A DNA stretch of 62,962 nucleotides, counting the filler, from Reticulomyxa filosa (Eukaryota; Protista; Foraminifera), in the NCBI GenBank assembly GCA_000512085.1. It is 16 parts of 16 records of this genome, joined end to end, with 100 filler letters (N's around TTAATTAATTAA, not from the genome) between each part and the next. Parts side by side here need not be neighbours in the genome. Positions count along the whole stretch, not along the records: positions 49,524 to 51,711 come from ASPP01039352.1; positions 51,812 to 55,864 come from ASPP01005261.1; positions 55,965 to 62,962 come from ASPP01049092.1; 13 more parts are not named here. One strand, written 5' to 3'. Positions within the stretch are counted from its first letter, which is position 1, and every line of letters begins with the position of its first letter. Both the position numbers and the translations under genes were made by a program. A model generated the notes under the pieces. It saw only the letters and a program-made list of their open reading frames with translations, ran no database searches and was not told where the DNA came from. Positions 49,524-62,496 of the stretch are shown in pieces.

Positions 49524-51711
49524 GCGAAAATGAATCGTGTCATTGTGCATCAAATTCCAAATGATCTTGATAATGATCTTAAAGCCATTGGAGAAGCAAT
49601 TTACAAGACCGAACATACAAACTTACAGCAGACTCATGTAGACATGCTGATGGAGGTTTTCAAAGAATTACACAAACAGATATCAGAACAATACATATTA
49701 AGCAAAAGCAAAGACAATTGGTTGGGGAGACGAGATTTTTATGCCTTGATTCGTCATTACATGCACAAGCAGTTACCTGATAGCTCACTTGAAGGCGTGA
49801 TGAGAAATTTAGGGGGCTGCAGAGATCCACAATTTCAAAAGTGCTTGGCAGAGGCATTACAAAAAGTGTCACGAAAAAGTACAAAGGAAATATTGCCATT
49901 GATGAGTAATTGGGGATCTTTGGAATGTGTGAAAATGAATCTTCAAGATGAAGATTGCAGACATTGTATGTTGGTATGTGAGAAGCCCTATTCCTGGCAA
50001 TTATTGTTGGATCACAATCTATTGTCATGTGAAGATACAATATTTTTGTTTGAAAGCAAATTTGCATCGGATACAGCCATCATGACAAGCTATGATCATT
50101 TGCACAAAGTCATCAATTGCATGCAAGTTGCAAAGAAAGTGGTCTTGTACAAGTTGAAGTCGATTCACGAATGTCTTTATGATATGCTCAATCAAAGATA
50201 TCTTGGCGATTCTCCAGGTATGTATATGTGCGTGTATACATGTTTTGTGAGTGTGTGTGTTATTCTTTCCTTTTCTTCTTCTTCTTCTTCTAGAAAATCG
50301 ATTTTGCCGCGTAGCTGTGGAGGATCAGACCAGAGATTGCATTGTCGCACAAGGATTTAAGTGTATCGTCATTGTCTTCGAAGAAGACATGAAGAATTCA
50401 GTTACCACAATTCGTTCAATATACTGTTTTAAATTCGTTTATCTTGTTTGTTCTATTGTTTTGTCACAAAGACGGAAAAAGCATTTTTTGGACGCTTTGA
50501 GAGACAATACATTTCATACACTGAATTATTATCTCCATCCGACCGTGAAATAGTACATAGCTTTGAAAAGCGTCTATATGAACACTACTGTCTCTTTAAT
50601 AAAAGGGACTTATACCAATTGTTTTGCGGATTCAATAATGACACGATTCCTTCGGCCATCGCTTATATTCTGCTGCAACGCAAATTACAGCGGCAAAGTA
50701 ATCGTGATGATGATAATGATGATAAGAAAGACCAAAAACAAGATGAAACAGAGCAATTAATGCAGCAATTGTTGGAATTGTTCCATCCACTTCGTCATCC
50801 AGCCAAAATTGTGTGGTTGGCAATGGAGTCATCTTCTCGAAATTTCGACCGTGCGAATCAATCTTTCGACACATTTGTTAAGCGTCTTCTATTTAATGGA
50901 GAGAAAAAAAAAAGGTGATCATTACCATTATCTAAAATTATCCTACAAAAATAAAATCAAATAAACGAATAGGAACAAGTCCTGGACACTGCAAAGAAAA
51001 ATTCCAATAAAGAAATGTTGTTAATTTTGACCTGCGATTTGGAATATAACTCCTTTCAACGTAAATGGAGTAGTAAGCGTATTAGTGATTATATGAAAGT
51101 GAATCAACTCGAAAAAGATGTCACAGATTTCTTTGAGAGTTCCAAGAAAAGCAGACTCATCTTGCAATATCAGCATAAGAGCAAGGATTTGACACAGTTT
51201 TTTCAAATCAAGTGTATTCTCGAAAGTGCCTATTCTTTGTATTGCAACAAACCCGACCATGAGAAACCTACCAATCAAAAATTCGTTGTTCTTATTGTCC
51301 ATAATGTTATGGGACAACAGGATCCATTTCCCATCATTTTTTCACAGTTTAAACAAATACCCTTTTTTTTTTTACAAAACAATAAAAAAAAAGGTATCAA
51401 CATTTTGTTGTGGAAATCATTTGAATAGGAAATGGAAAATTGCTTTTGTTGATTCTCTGACCAGTCAATTACCAATGGACTTGAAAAATTTGATCACAAG
51501 AGATTCAATAGTTGTAGCTGGCCAGTATCCCTCATTTGAGAAAGTATTTTTTTTTCTTTTCATGCATATATGTGCGGAGTCACTCTTTTTTGCATTTGTG
51601 TTTGAATTAGATGCAAAGACTGATACGACATGCTTTTTTTTATTTGGAATTCCCGTCTTCTCTCAGGTCTTCATTTGAATTGAAAGCTGATCTATTGCCC
51701 AAAGAGATTCA
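49524..51711 (+). CDS. RNF213/mysterin-like giant AAA+ ATPase, internal fragment
   Basis: AKMNR, GRRDFYALIR, VMRNLGG, CRHCMLV, KVINCM..KKVVL..L..IHECLYDMLNQRY, CIV..GFKCIVI and AFFGRFER occur in the order remembered for the RNF213 dynein-like AAA core. Confidence 0.75.
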
Positions 51712-51811
51712 NNNNNNNNNNNNNNNNNNNNNNNNNNNNNNNNNNNNNNNNNNNNTTAATTAATTAANNNNNNNNNNNNNNNNNNNNNNNNNNNNNNNNN
51801 NNNNNNNNNNN

Positions 51812-51848
<37 letters not shown>

Positions 51849-51904
51849 TATGTATATATTGAGTTAAGATAATGCCATAATCATATAAACAGAATTTTTC
51901 AGCA

Positions 51905-54900
51905 GCGCAAGTACAACAATTTTTAACTAGCCCATCATCTCATCAGCCGCTTCAAGAAGCTACAAACCTACTGGTTAAACATATGCGAGAGATGAACGCG
52001 AAATCTCAAATGACAGCGACGGAGAATCCCGCTGAAAACAACGAGCGACAAAAGAAAATGTTGGATCAATTCGAATATCTTTTGAAAAAAGAAGAGACAT
52101 ACAAGAACGCATTGCAAGACAAGCTGGCCCTGCATGACGAAATCAACAAAAAAGAAATCCGATTGCAGACCTTGCAAGTCGAACATCAGACCTTGAAACA
52201 TGCCCATGAAAAGTTGGTTATCAGTGAGCGAGACTTGCAAAAAAGATACTTGCTTGCCACGAAAGAGTTGGCAACGTGCAAAGCCCAAATCAACGCCGAA
52301 AAAACCAAACAAAGTGAATTTGCATCGTTCCAAACAAAAATGCTCGAGTTCATGGACGAAAACAAACGCAAAAGCGAATTGGAAAGCGTTAAGAAACAAT
52401 TGAATGACCAAGCGAAGGAATTGCAACTTTCACAAAATTTGGTGACTCAATTGACCGATGAAAGAGATCAAACTCAAGCATTATTGTATGTATATAATAT
52501 ATGTATATATATATTTATTTATTTTGATATTCAAATATAAAATCATATGTTATCATTAAATCAAAAAAAAAAAAAAAAAAAAATAATAATAATCAGAAAT
52601 GGATTGAATACGACAGTCACATCACTATTGGAGCCTTTGGACACTGGCATTGGCATTGAAGAGAAAGGCAGCATGTTGCTAGCGAAATGGAAAGACCAAA
52701 GGGACATGTTGACAAAACTGCAGCAACAAAACGAAACGTTGTCGCAGCAGGTCGATTCCTTGCAGTTGCGAATCATTGAACTCGAGGCTGAGTTGGAAAA
52801 GTGGAAAAACGATTGGACCACGGAGGTTGAAAAGTTTAAGCAACTCCAAGAGCGTGTGGAAAAAATGCAATCAGGTTTGTTTTTTTTTTTATATCATCTC
52901 TTTCAAATTCAAATATATGATCTACGGAAAGTATAATAATAATTTTAAAAAAATATATATGTATATATTACATATATATTTTTCACGTAAATTAAGAATT
53001 ATGGACGACGAAAAATGCAAAATTGGAGGCAGACGAAAAACTAATAAAAGTTGAAACCGAATTGTCGAAAGTGAGAGAAAAGGAAAAGGCCATTGAAGAG
53101 GAATACGAAAAGATCAAGACCAAGTACGAGGCGGCAGTAGGCGAACACCAAAATCTCTCCGAAACCATCACGTTCCTCACCAAGGAGTTGGCCACACACA
53201 AGTCCGAGGCCAGCGCTCAATTGACCATGTCATTGGGCGAAAATGAGATCACCAGCAAGCAAGACGACCTCCCTGACATCAACAAATTGCGAGAACTTTG
53301 CGAAAAACTGGGCAAACTGTTGGCCAATAAGCGATCGCAATTGGTGGAAGAAACGAACAATCACAATCAGACAAAGTCTTTACTTCAAATGTATGTGTTT
53401 ATTTTGTTCATCGTTATTTTGGTGTGTTGTTGTTGTCTTCACGGAGATGAAAGCCAATACATACATACATAAAAAGAGCTGAGAAACGAGCAAGCGAATT
53501 GGACAAACGAGTTCAAGAGCTACAAGCGACGTTACGAAGGGCGACGGAAGTTGGGGGATCGGGTCTAAAAAGTCAAGATTTCAGTTGCGTGTGTGATTCA
53601 ATCACATCCCTTTATTCCAAGATGAACAGATTTCTTTATTTTTATTATTTTATTTTTGTTTGTTTGATTCATAGTGAAAAAAGTGGAAGATGTAAGTGCA
53701 CTAGTCGAAGAAAACAAAATTTTGCAAGAAGAAGTAGAACAGCTACGCAAACAAAAAGACGAGGATTCGAAAAATCTCACAGATCAAAAAGACATGCTCA
53801 CAACTCTCGAAAGAGAAGTGGAAACGCTTCGAACAAACAATTCGATGTTAGACGCCAAAGTCAAATCCTTTGAAAGCACTGGAGAAATTGTACAGCAATG
53901 TGCTCGTCAAGTTCCTATTTTTATTTTTATTTTTTGTGTGTGTATGTGGAAATAAAACAACTGCACAAATCAGAATGAAACAAAACAAAATACATTTAAA
54001 AGATTGATCCAGAAGAACATGAGCAGCTCAAACAAAGGAAGGAAGAACTTCAAAAGGAAAACGAACAACTTCAAAAACTACTGATCAACACCAAAAAGAA
54101 AATGAAAATTTGAAAACCAGACTTAAAGGAGTGGTCGCAAAACATAATGAAATCGTTAAAAAAGCGAAAGACGACAGAAGCAAGGTTAACAACTATATAC
54201 ATAAATACACATTTATACACATATATACATATATGTATGTATATATGTATATATATATAATATAAACTATGACCTATATATGTAACAATGTTTCCAAACA
54301 ACACAAAAACATTTGTAGAGTAAACAAGAATCAGAAAAGCAGAAATCAGTATTGCAATCACAGCAGCAGCAATTGGAAGAGTTGAAAAAGGAGCATGAGA
54401 AATTGCTTGTCGAAAAAGCGGAACTGGAAAACGAAAAAACGAAATTGCTGACGAAGCAAATATCCTTAAAAGTTGCCAAAAAAAAAGAAGGCATTCCACA
54501 ACAAGTAGTTGTGTTTGCAGCAACGGCCGGCGCCGCTGCCCCAGATGCAGCTTCCTTGCAAAAGGCAGCAGTGGAGCCGAAGCCTTCCAGTGAGCAGTCT
54601 CAAAAAGGTGAATCCAGCAATGTGTCTCTATTGCCGTCCCCCGCGACACAACCTCAAGCCCAATCCCAACCTGAAGTTCCAGCCGAGTCGTTCGCAGCAG
54701 CGACAGAAACAAGAGCGGAATCAACAGCAGCAGCAACAGCAACAACAACAACAACAACAACAACAGCAACAGGAGAAGCAGAAGTCCCGGCGAAGATGGA
54801 AAAAGCAGCAACCGCAGCAGAAAATATGGTTCGCATCAATAAAAGACAGCTGCTGTTATATCAGCAGAAAGCAAAGAGATTGCAAGAAGTGGAAAAGAAA

Positions 54901-55864
54901 TTGGATGAACTAAACCAGCAATTGTCGGAAAAGCAAGAATCGATTGTCATGCAAGCGAAAAAATTGGAAGCGCTGAGTTCGCTGCTGGATCGGCAACGGG
55001 CAATCTACTCCGTCATTGAAACCCAACTGCAGGCAAAAGTGCAAAAGGGTAATGTATCGACAGAGGCCACCAACCAACCAAAGGAAGGGGATACCACGAC
55101 CGTGCCATTGGCCAAATACCAACAAGTATAACTTTTCTTTTTAATAATATTAAAAAAATAAATAAATAAATAATAATGATAATGATAATAATATTATTAA
55201 AAAGAAGTGACAAGGAAGATATATACATACATATATGTATATATATATATATATAGGAGAATCATTAAATTGTCTCACCTTCACCACATGCATGCATGCA
55301 TGTTTATAAATGCAATAGTTAGAAGAATTGTACAGTGCTGAAAAAGCAAAGTCGCAACAAAATCGACAGCAGCTGAAAGAGATTATCGCTACGTTCAACG
55401 CTTTGGAGAAGACACACAACGAAATGAAAGGAACCTGCGAGACCTTGCAAAGCAAAGTGCAGACGCTGCAAGCGCAGAAAGAGGGATGGCTCGAAGAGCG
55501 AGTGCACTTGCAAAGAGACCTGGACAATGCGAAGACGAAGATCGAGACACTCGAAAAGCAGTCGCAAATGTTGAGAGAAGAGATCAAGACCAGGGAACGA
55601 CGCATCCAATCCGACGAAGAAAAGCTGCTCCAAATGCAGCGATTGCTGGACGAGTTGCAGTCAAAGTCGAGCGAAGCACAAAAGTCTGCAAACATCACAG
55701 GGCAAGCCTTTAATGACACCCCTGTCAAGGCAGAAGATGTCAAAAAGCCAAGCGAGGAAAGCAAACAGGAGCCCGAACATAGTATGACCGATATTGACAT
55801 TGACAACGAAGAGGACTTACAACTCGTTGACGATGAACAGGAGAACGAAGAAGAAGAAGAAGAA
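51905..55864 (+). CDS. Long multi-exon coiled-coil protein, possibly nucleoporin TPR/Mlp1-like
   Basis: At least seven heptad-rich E/K/Q exons; segment EENKILQEEVEQL...SMLDAKVKSFE...IDPEEHEQLK resembles the conserved TPR/Mlp1 block; acidic tail; 1-nt shift in an A-run at ~54075. Confidence 0.6.
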
Positions 55865-56024
55865 NNNNNNNNNNNNNNNNNNNNNNNNNNNNNNNNNNNN
55901 NNNNNNNNTTAATTAATTAANNNNNNNNNNNNNNNNNNNNNNNNNNNNNNNNNNNNNNNNNNNNTTTTTTTTTTTATTAACTTATGTCATTTGAAAACAT
56001 GTTTTAAAAAAAATGTTTGAATAG

Positions 56025-56265
56025 CAGGAGGCAATATACCCAGTGGCAGTTTTTGGAGAGCTATACCACCTAAAGGATACGTCGCGTTAGGAGATGTAGC
56101 ACTCTCCATTGACGGCGAAGTGGGCTCCAACAAGTCATCGTTGTTGAACGCGAGAGACATTCCCAAATACGTGTGCGTGAAAAAAGAGTATGCGTCGCAG
56201 ATCAGACCGCTATCAAAAAAGCATGATCACAACAGAAACAGTATTTCGACGGACACGGATCGCGT

Positions 56266-56299
<34 letters not shown>

Positions 56300-56715
56300 C
56301 GCAGTCAGATCGTGGTGGAAGAAGTGTCCAAGAATGACAAGGACGAGGAGGTAATGAAAATACGGACCCGCGAGGAAGTGTGGTCCAGTCTCAAATGTTC
56401 GACACGCGTCCCGCAAGGCCAAATCTATTCGCAGCCACCCTTCAGTGACATAATCAACTCGCCAATGCTTTGCGTCGGCACTGGATACTTGGATGCTGTC
56501 GACGCGTTGCCGACCTTGCAAGTGCGTTACTGCGTCGAGGCCGAGCCCAAAATTGCCGTCGTCAAATGGGGATATTTGAGCAAAAGCACCAAGGATTCGT
56601 TGAGTCGAAAACACGAGCGTCTGTTTCTGCTCACTACACAAAAAGAATTGATCTATTATGATGAACTACAATGCAGAAGTTTTGTTTCACAATTTTGTTT
56701 CTTTGTTTGTTTGTC

Positions 56716-56756
<41 letters not shown>

Positions 56757-59700
56757 TATACGTATACAGATAGAATTCCTCTTCAAAAATATGAAGGGCT
56801 TACACCCAAAAAATCCGAATCGTTTTGACCTGGAACTATCACAAAAAACGTTTCGCTTTGAAAGCCGAAATGCTGATGCCGACGAGTGGATCTCGACAAT
56901 TGGAATGGTGTGCAACCCTTCGGCGACAAATGAAAACCACAAGTTGCGCGACGAACTCGCCAATATCAAATCGGTGATGTCCGATGCGAATGCTTTGAGA
57001 GTCCAAATCAAAAGTTGCAGTGAAAAGGAAATCTTCGAAGGAAAGGGCGAGACCGAATACATCATTACCTTTTTAGAACACGCGACTCAACAGCTGACCG
57101 CACATTTACAAGACAGCAACCACGTCATGTCAGATGTCGTGACAGACCACTCGGTGAGCAAAGCTATTCGATGGTATGAAGACTTGTCTAATTTGAAAAC
57201 ACGCATTGAAACGCTATCGGCACGCTGGCCCCCGGGATCGACTTGTCGTTTTTTTTGTTTTTTTGTTTTTTTTTCTGTTTTCATTGTCTTCTGGGCTGCA
57301 ATGTTGCTGATGTACATATCATAATGTATAACATAGGCCCAAGTGAGGTTGTGAAAGCAAAGCGCACTTTCGAAACGCTAATGGAACAGGTGGAAACTGT
57401 CATCATCAACGATATCAAATGCTACGCTCAAGATAACATTTCCCAAAATACTATTGTTCGATTGCATTTAGCTTGTTTGGCCATGTCCGATCTGCGGAAG
57501 GGACAACTCAAAGTGTCGGGCTTTGTCAGCAATACACTCGTACGTACATTTTTGTTTTTTTTAAAAAAAAGGAAATATTGTACATTTTTTTTTTTTAAAT
57601 TTAAAAATAATAATAACAAAAAAAGTTAACAAAAAGACAACCAATGCGTTTGCCCCAGGGACTGCAGGAGCTTCCTTGGCCAACATTGGAGTTAAATATA
57701 CATACATATATGCATTTTTTTTTTTTTTAGAATACATAACCAATTAAATTTGATCAATCCAAAAAAAACCAAAAAAAAAAAAAAAAAAAAATTAAAGCGC
57801 CGATTCGCAGAATATCGACGAATTATGGCCGAATATGATGCGAAATACTTGTCGTTTATCCCGTTGGGATGGGAGCTTCCCATTCAAATTGCGTCTTCGT
57901 ATTGCTCTCTCAGTTTTGGAGTTTGCAATCGCTTCAAACACTTGTTACAAACGTTTTGTTGTTGTTGTTGTTGTTGTTGTTACTGATATGATTGTGGTTT
58001 TCTGCCGTTACAATGTCAAACGAAAACTTGACAATCGAACAAATAATGCTACACACTCAAAGTGAGCACTCAGTTGGAAGAGCAGTTGACACGTAACCCC
58101 GAAAGTTGCTTTGCGGTGACGGCGGCCAAGGAAAAGATGCGTGAGTTTGAAAGCGAAGTGATCACAGACGCGTGGAAGCGTCTGGCAATGACCGAAATTG
58201 ACGTGCGAAGCTGGGCACGAGGTGACCCCGGAGACCCTCATTCGTGGATTAAAATTGACAATAAAAACAAGCGATTGCCCGGAAACGGAATTGGTTGTGT
58301 CTGCATCCACGTCTCCACCAAAAAGATTATTCAGCAAAAGACTTTTTATTTCCAAGATAAAAATCATGAACTTGAGAAAGACTTTATTCAATTTTTAGGG
58401 TATGCATATACATATATTTTTTTTATTTTATTTTTTGAAATTGGTATTTCTGTAATTATTTCGTTTCCCCCCTTTTTTTTTTTTTTTTTTTTAAAAAAAA
58501 AAGATTGACTGACAAAGATTGCTTGTTGGTCATGTCGGTACATCACGACGTCGGCACACTCAGCAAGACATGTATGGATGCGCTGAAAGACTTAGGCATT
58601 CGCGAACAGCAAATGCCACGTAGCGGAGCATCTTTTGTATATATTGGTAAGCCTAGCAAACTCGACTCTGACCCTTTTTCACGTGCACTGGACACGATGC
58701 CAACATGGGCCTTGCAACGTACGTACCATTGTTGCACCTGTCATTTCCTCCAAGGAATTGCTCGAAAAAGTCGTTGATTCTTCGGCCATTCCTTTTTGTA
58801 TGTCTGTTTGTTGTTTTGATTTGTTGTTGTTTGTTTGCAAATGTAAATCAAATGATATAAGCAAATGGACAACATTACATATGTACATATATATATATAT
58901 GTATGTATATGTATATAAACATGTTAGACCCAGGAATGCTGACACAGACCCTAGACAATCATTTGAAAGTGTTTGTATCAGAAGAGGTACAAGCAGTGGG
59001 AGCGCAGCTGGGAAGACTACTCGAAGCGGAAACCTTTTCGAAACTGAAAGAAGATGTGCTGCAACGACTTCACAAATCGTCGGACACGTGTGACCCTTTA
59101 CGCTCAATCTTGGAAATCGAAAACACAATTAACAAGACTTTCCAAAAATTCATGGATATTACCCAAAGTCAACCTCTTGTCGATCTCGTCAATGTTTGAA
59201 TATATGTATATGTATACGTATTTTTGTTGAAACAAAAACAAAGTTGAAATAAATTACATGACATTGCACACGTATATATGTGTATACGTGTATATATGTA
59301 TGTGTAGCAATTTGTTGAAATGCTGAAAGAATATGGCAATACAATACACAAAATGGTGAATGATGCCGGAGGAGATACATTGAGACAAGCATTGGCATCG
59401 TTGATTTCCACATTGGACTTGAATGTCAAACCAAACGAAAAGGGCTTTTCATTTTTTGAGTCCAAATGGAATCTGACAGACTTGCACTATTTCATTGTGT
59501 TTGTATGCGTCATCTTCTGCACGTGTCGAAAGGTCCGGGAATTGGCCAAAGACATCAAACAAACTGCACAAAAAGTGCGATTTGCCAAGTTTTTTGTGTT
59601 TCTATTGTCGTGTTTTATGTTGCATGTATCGCTCTTGAACAGGTTCCAAATTGCATGCACATCACTCCAAATACCATTACCAGGCAGTGGAAGAAAAGTA

Positions 59701-60015
59701 CAAGCAGGCGATTACAATAAAGCCGCTGATCGACCACATTTTGGTGATCGAAGGGAAGTTGTTGCAGATCCTGTGTGCCTCCATTTTGACCAAATTCGAC
59801 GTGCTGGTACAGTTTCAACACAATACGGAATGGGACGAGGAACGATATGGTGTGGAAATGAAAGGTCGCTTAGATACTTGGTTCGATAATTGCAAAAAGC
59901 TGTTACCGCGTCTGGTTTTCTCGTATTTTGTTCAATTGTTTACCGCGCATTTTTCATTCAAATACATAAGAGGATTATTTTCGTCAAAGTATGTATATGT
60001 ACATATATGTATACG

Positions 60016-60050
<35 letters not shown>

Positions 60051-60749
60051 TTTTTTTTTATTCATTTATGTTTTGTTACGTATAAACTATACCTATTGTG
60101 CATAAACGTTTATAGAGTATTTGCAAATATTACTTTATTGCCCTCTCCGGTTGCAGGTCTGCTCTCACTGTTTGAACAAACTGTGATGAAAGAATTGTTG
60201 AGTTCGGCCACAGAACCACAATTGCGACTATGGCAAGGTCCCTTGAAAAAAATGAGAGTACTCGCCGAGCAAATTATCGAACTTGGACTTGCGCCTGCTG
60301 GGGAAAAGTATTCTTTATCTTCTGCCAAGGGAAATACGAATGGTAATACGGCTTCAAACTTTTTCAATTTGCTGTTTGGAAAGACTTCGGCCAATCGTCC
60401 TCAAACCAACTTAGTGATATCTCCAACGGAAGTAACATCATCAAGTATGTCCAATATTGCCGATACTGAATTTGCTAAAAAAGCGGCCAACTTTTGTGCC
60501 GATCAACAGATCAAGCTTGACATCTTCGAGTACATTTTCAAATACCAAGATGCGTTCTCTGATGAAGATGAGGTAAATCAGAGTGATGCTACCGATGAAC
60601 AGAGTGACAATAAAGAAGATAACGCGCAAAAAAAAGTTATGTTGTTTTTGTTTTGTTTTGTTTTTTTTCCTCTTCCCTCTTTGTTTAATTTAAAGTTTGG
60701 AATGCAGCAAAAGAAATTGAACGAACCACTGCTTACTACTTCGAGCTGA
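56025..60749 (+). CDS. Large multi-exon protein: Vps62-like motif, PH domain, ILEI/PANDER-like domain, C-terminal helical rod (Sec6/MUN-like?); 5'-partial
   Basis: FWRAIPPKGYVALGDV; VKWGYLSK...ERLFLL...LIYYDE...FDL...TFRFE...ADEWISTI; GNGIGCVCI..STKKII..KTF...FIQFL...LLVMSVHHD...MDALKDLG...GASFVYIG; helical C-terminal exons with KYIRGLF. Confidence 0.7.
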
Positions 60750-61318
60750 AATGTTCATTGGTACGACAAACAATGCTTGTTCGTGGGTTTGATGAGCCGG
60801 ATCAACAAACTATACGAACCATATGCGAGCAAACATGTCCACAATTTTCGAAAGAAAAGCAAATATCATAAAAGATTGTTATTTCAATTGTGTTAATATT
60901 GCATTGCTAAAAAAAATGCAATATTTTTTTTTTCATCACGAGAAAATGTAACAAAACTTATTCAAATTAAACAAAAAAGACATTGAAAATTTAATATCAG
61001 GGAGTGTCGTTTTGCAAGAACAAGCAATATTTGTCAATTTAAATGTTAGCAGTCTGGCTTTTGGGATAAGTTCTTTGCCGGCAATATTTCAAAAAAAATT
61101 AACTTCTTTTCTTTAATTTTTTTTTGTGAGTCCTTATTTTCTACAGTTTTAAATAAGAAGCATTTGTAAAGTCTTTCATTAATGAATAAATGTTGATAAG
61201 TGAATAAAATGAAAACGAAAGGTCGATTGTTGACGAAAGAAAAAAACACGAACACTCGTGCTACTTTATGAAGATTATCGTAAAAAGCTCGTTACGTTCA
61301 AAATAAAAAATAATTTAA

Positions 61319-62496
61319 ATGTCTTTTCCATATCGCCGTTTATTAACATTAGATTTAACAGATACGGTGTTTGCTTTTCGTGCTCATCCTGGGAGTATCT
61401 ATTTAGATCATGCTTTGGCTCATTTAAGGAAACGTAGTTCAGGCACTACGCAAACTCGAGACAAATCGCAAGATATAATTGATTCACGTTGGATGGACAA
61501 TATTTCATCTGAACTGTCTGAAAATGGGATACAAACTTCATTCAAACGAGCATATAAAAAAGCAAGTCAGTTGTGGCCAAATTTTGGCGCACGTCACAAA
61601 ATGCCCAGCGATCAATGGTGGATAAATGTGGTTTTGAACACATTTTATCGATCGCAAATGATTGCAAATGCGTCAAACATATCAAAAATTGGCGATAATA
61701 GAAATGAAGAATTCCTTGTTGCTATGGACTTGAAGCAACTAAATGATGTTGAAATATTTGCTCCAGTAAACGTTTCAATGACTTCTGGTACTGTTGTTTT
61801 TTTAATTAAATAATTCATATATAAAATAATAAATTCATAATAAAAAAAGGACAAAACGGAGTTTTAAAAGCACCTTTTTTGGAAACTTGCCGCGATATTG
61901 TGAACGAATTTCAAACCAAGGCCGGATACAAATTATATTCTGATGTCATACCATTTCTCTCATCAATAAAGACAATGAACAAAAATGTCCCAAATGAATC
62001 AATTATTGTTGGGTGTATTAGCAATTCCATTTCTGAATATCGTGATAAGATCGTCCCTGATTTGGGATTGAAAGAGTACATTGACTTTGTGTTGGTGTCC
62101 CAAGATATTGACGTTGCCAAACCAGATCCAATTATTTTCGAAAAAGCTTTACAAATTGCAAATGGAGTTCCAATCTTAAAAAATTCCCAACATGAATTAC
62201 AAACAAATACGAATACTAAAAAAAAATGGCATGTTGTTCATGTTGGAAATGATTTGGAAAAAGATATCTTTGGTGCTGTTCAAATGGGATGGATTGCTTG
62301 TTGGATGATTCGAAATAAGGATATCACAAATCACTCTTTTTACAAACAACAAATTTTGGAAAAAGGCAAACTGTTTTGGAATAAACACTTTGGCAATGGC
62401 TATCTGATTGAACAACAACAATGGAACCAGGCTTTGCAACAAAATGTTCACATTGTCCACGATCTGAAGATGATTCAGGACCTTGGCTTGTTGTGA
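61319..62496 (+). CDS. HAD-superfamily hydrolase, HDHD3/REG-2-like (2 exons)
   Basis: Motif I LLTLDLTDTV, WPNFG, motif II ISN, motif III KPDPIIF, motif IV HVGNDLEKDIFGA; intron 61788-61849 (phase 1). Confidence 0.9.

Noticed and set aside
11487-51711. NACHT, WD40, ubiquitin and RNF213-like genes as a clustered defence island
   Set aside because: They lie on separate concatenated contigs, so clustering cannot be inferred
32774-54075. Programmed ribosomal frameshifting in the RBBP4-like and coiled-coil genes
   Set aside because: Both shifts are single-base losses in homopolymer runs, typical of pyrosequencing errors; no stimulatory structure seen
4456-55964. Regularly recurring TTAATTAATTAA flanked by N-runs, superficially a repeat array
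   Set aside because: Identical 100-nt synthetic six-frame-stop linkers joining contigs; not biological
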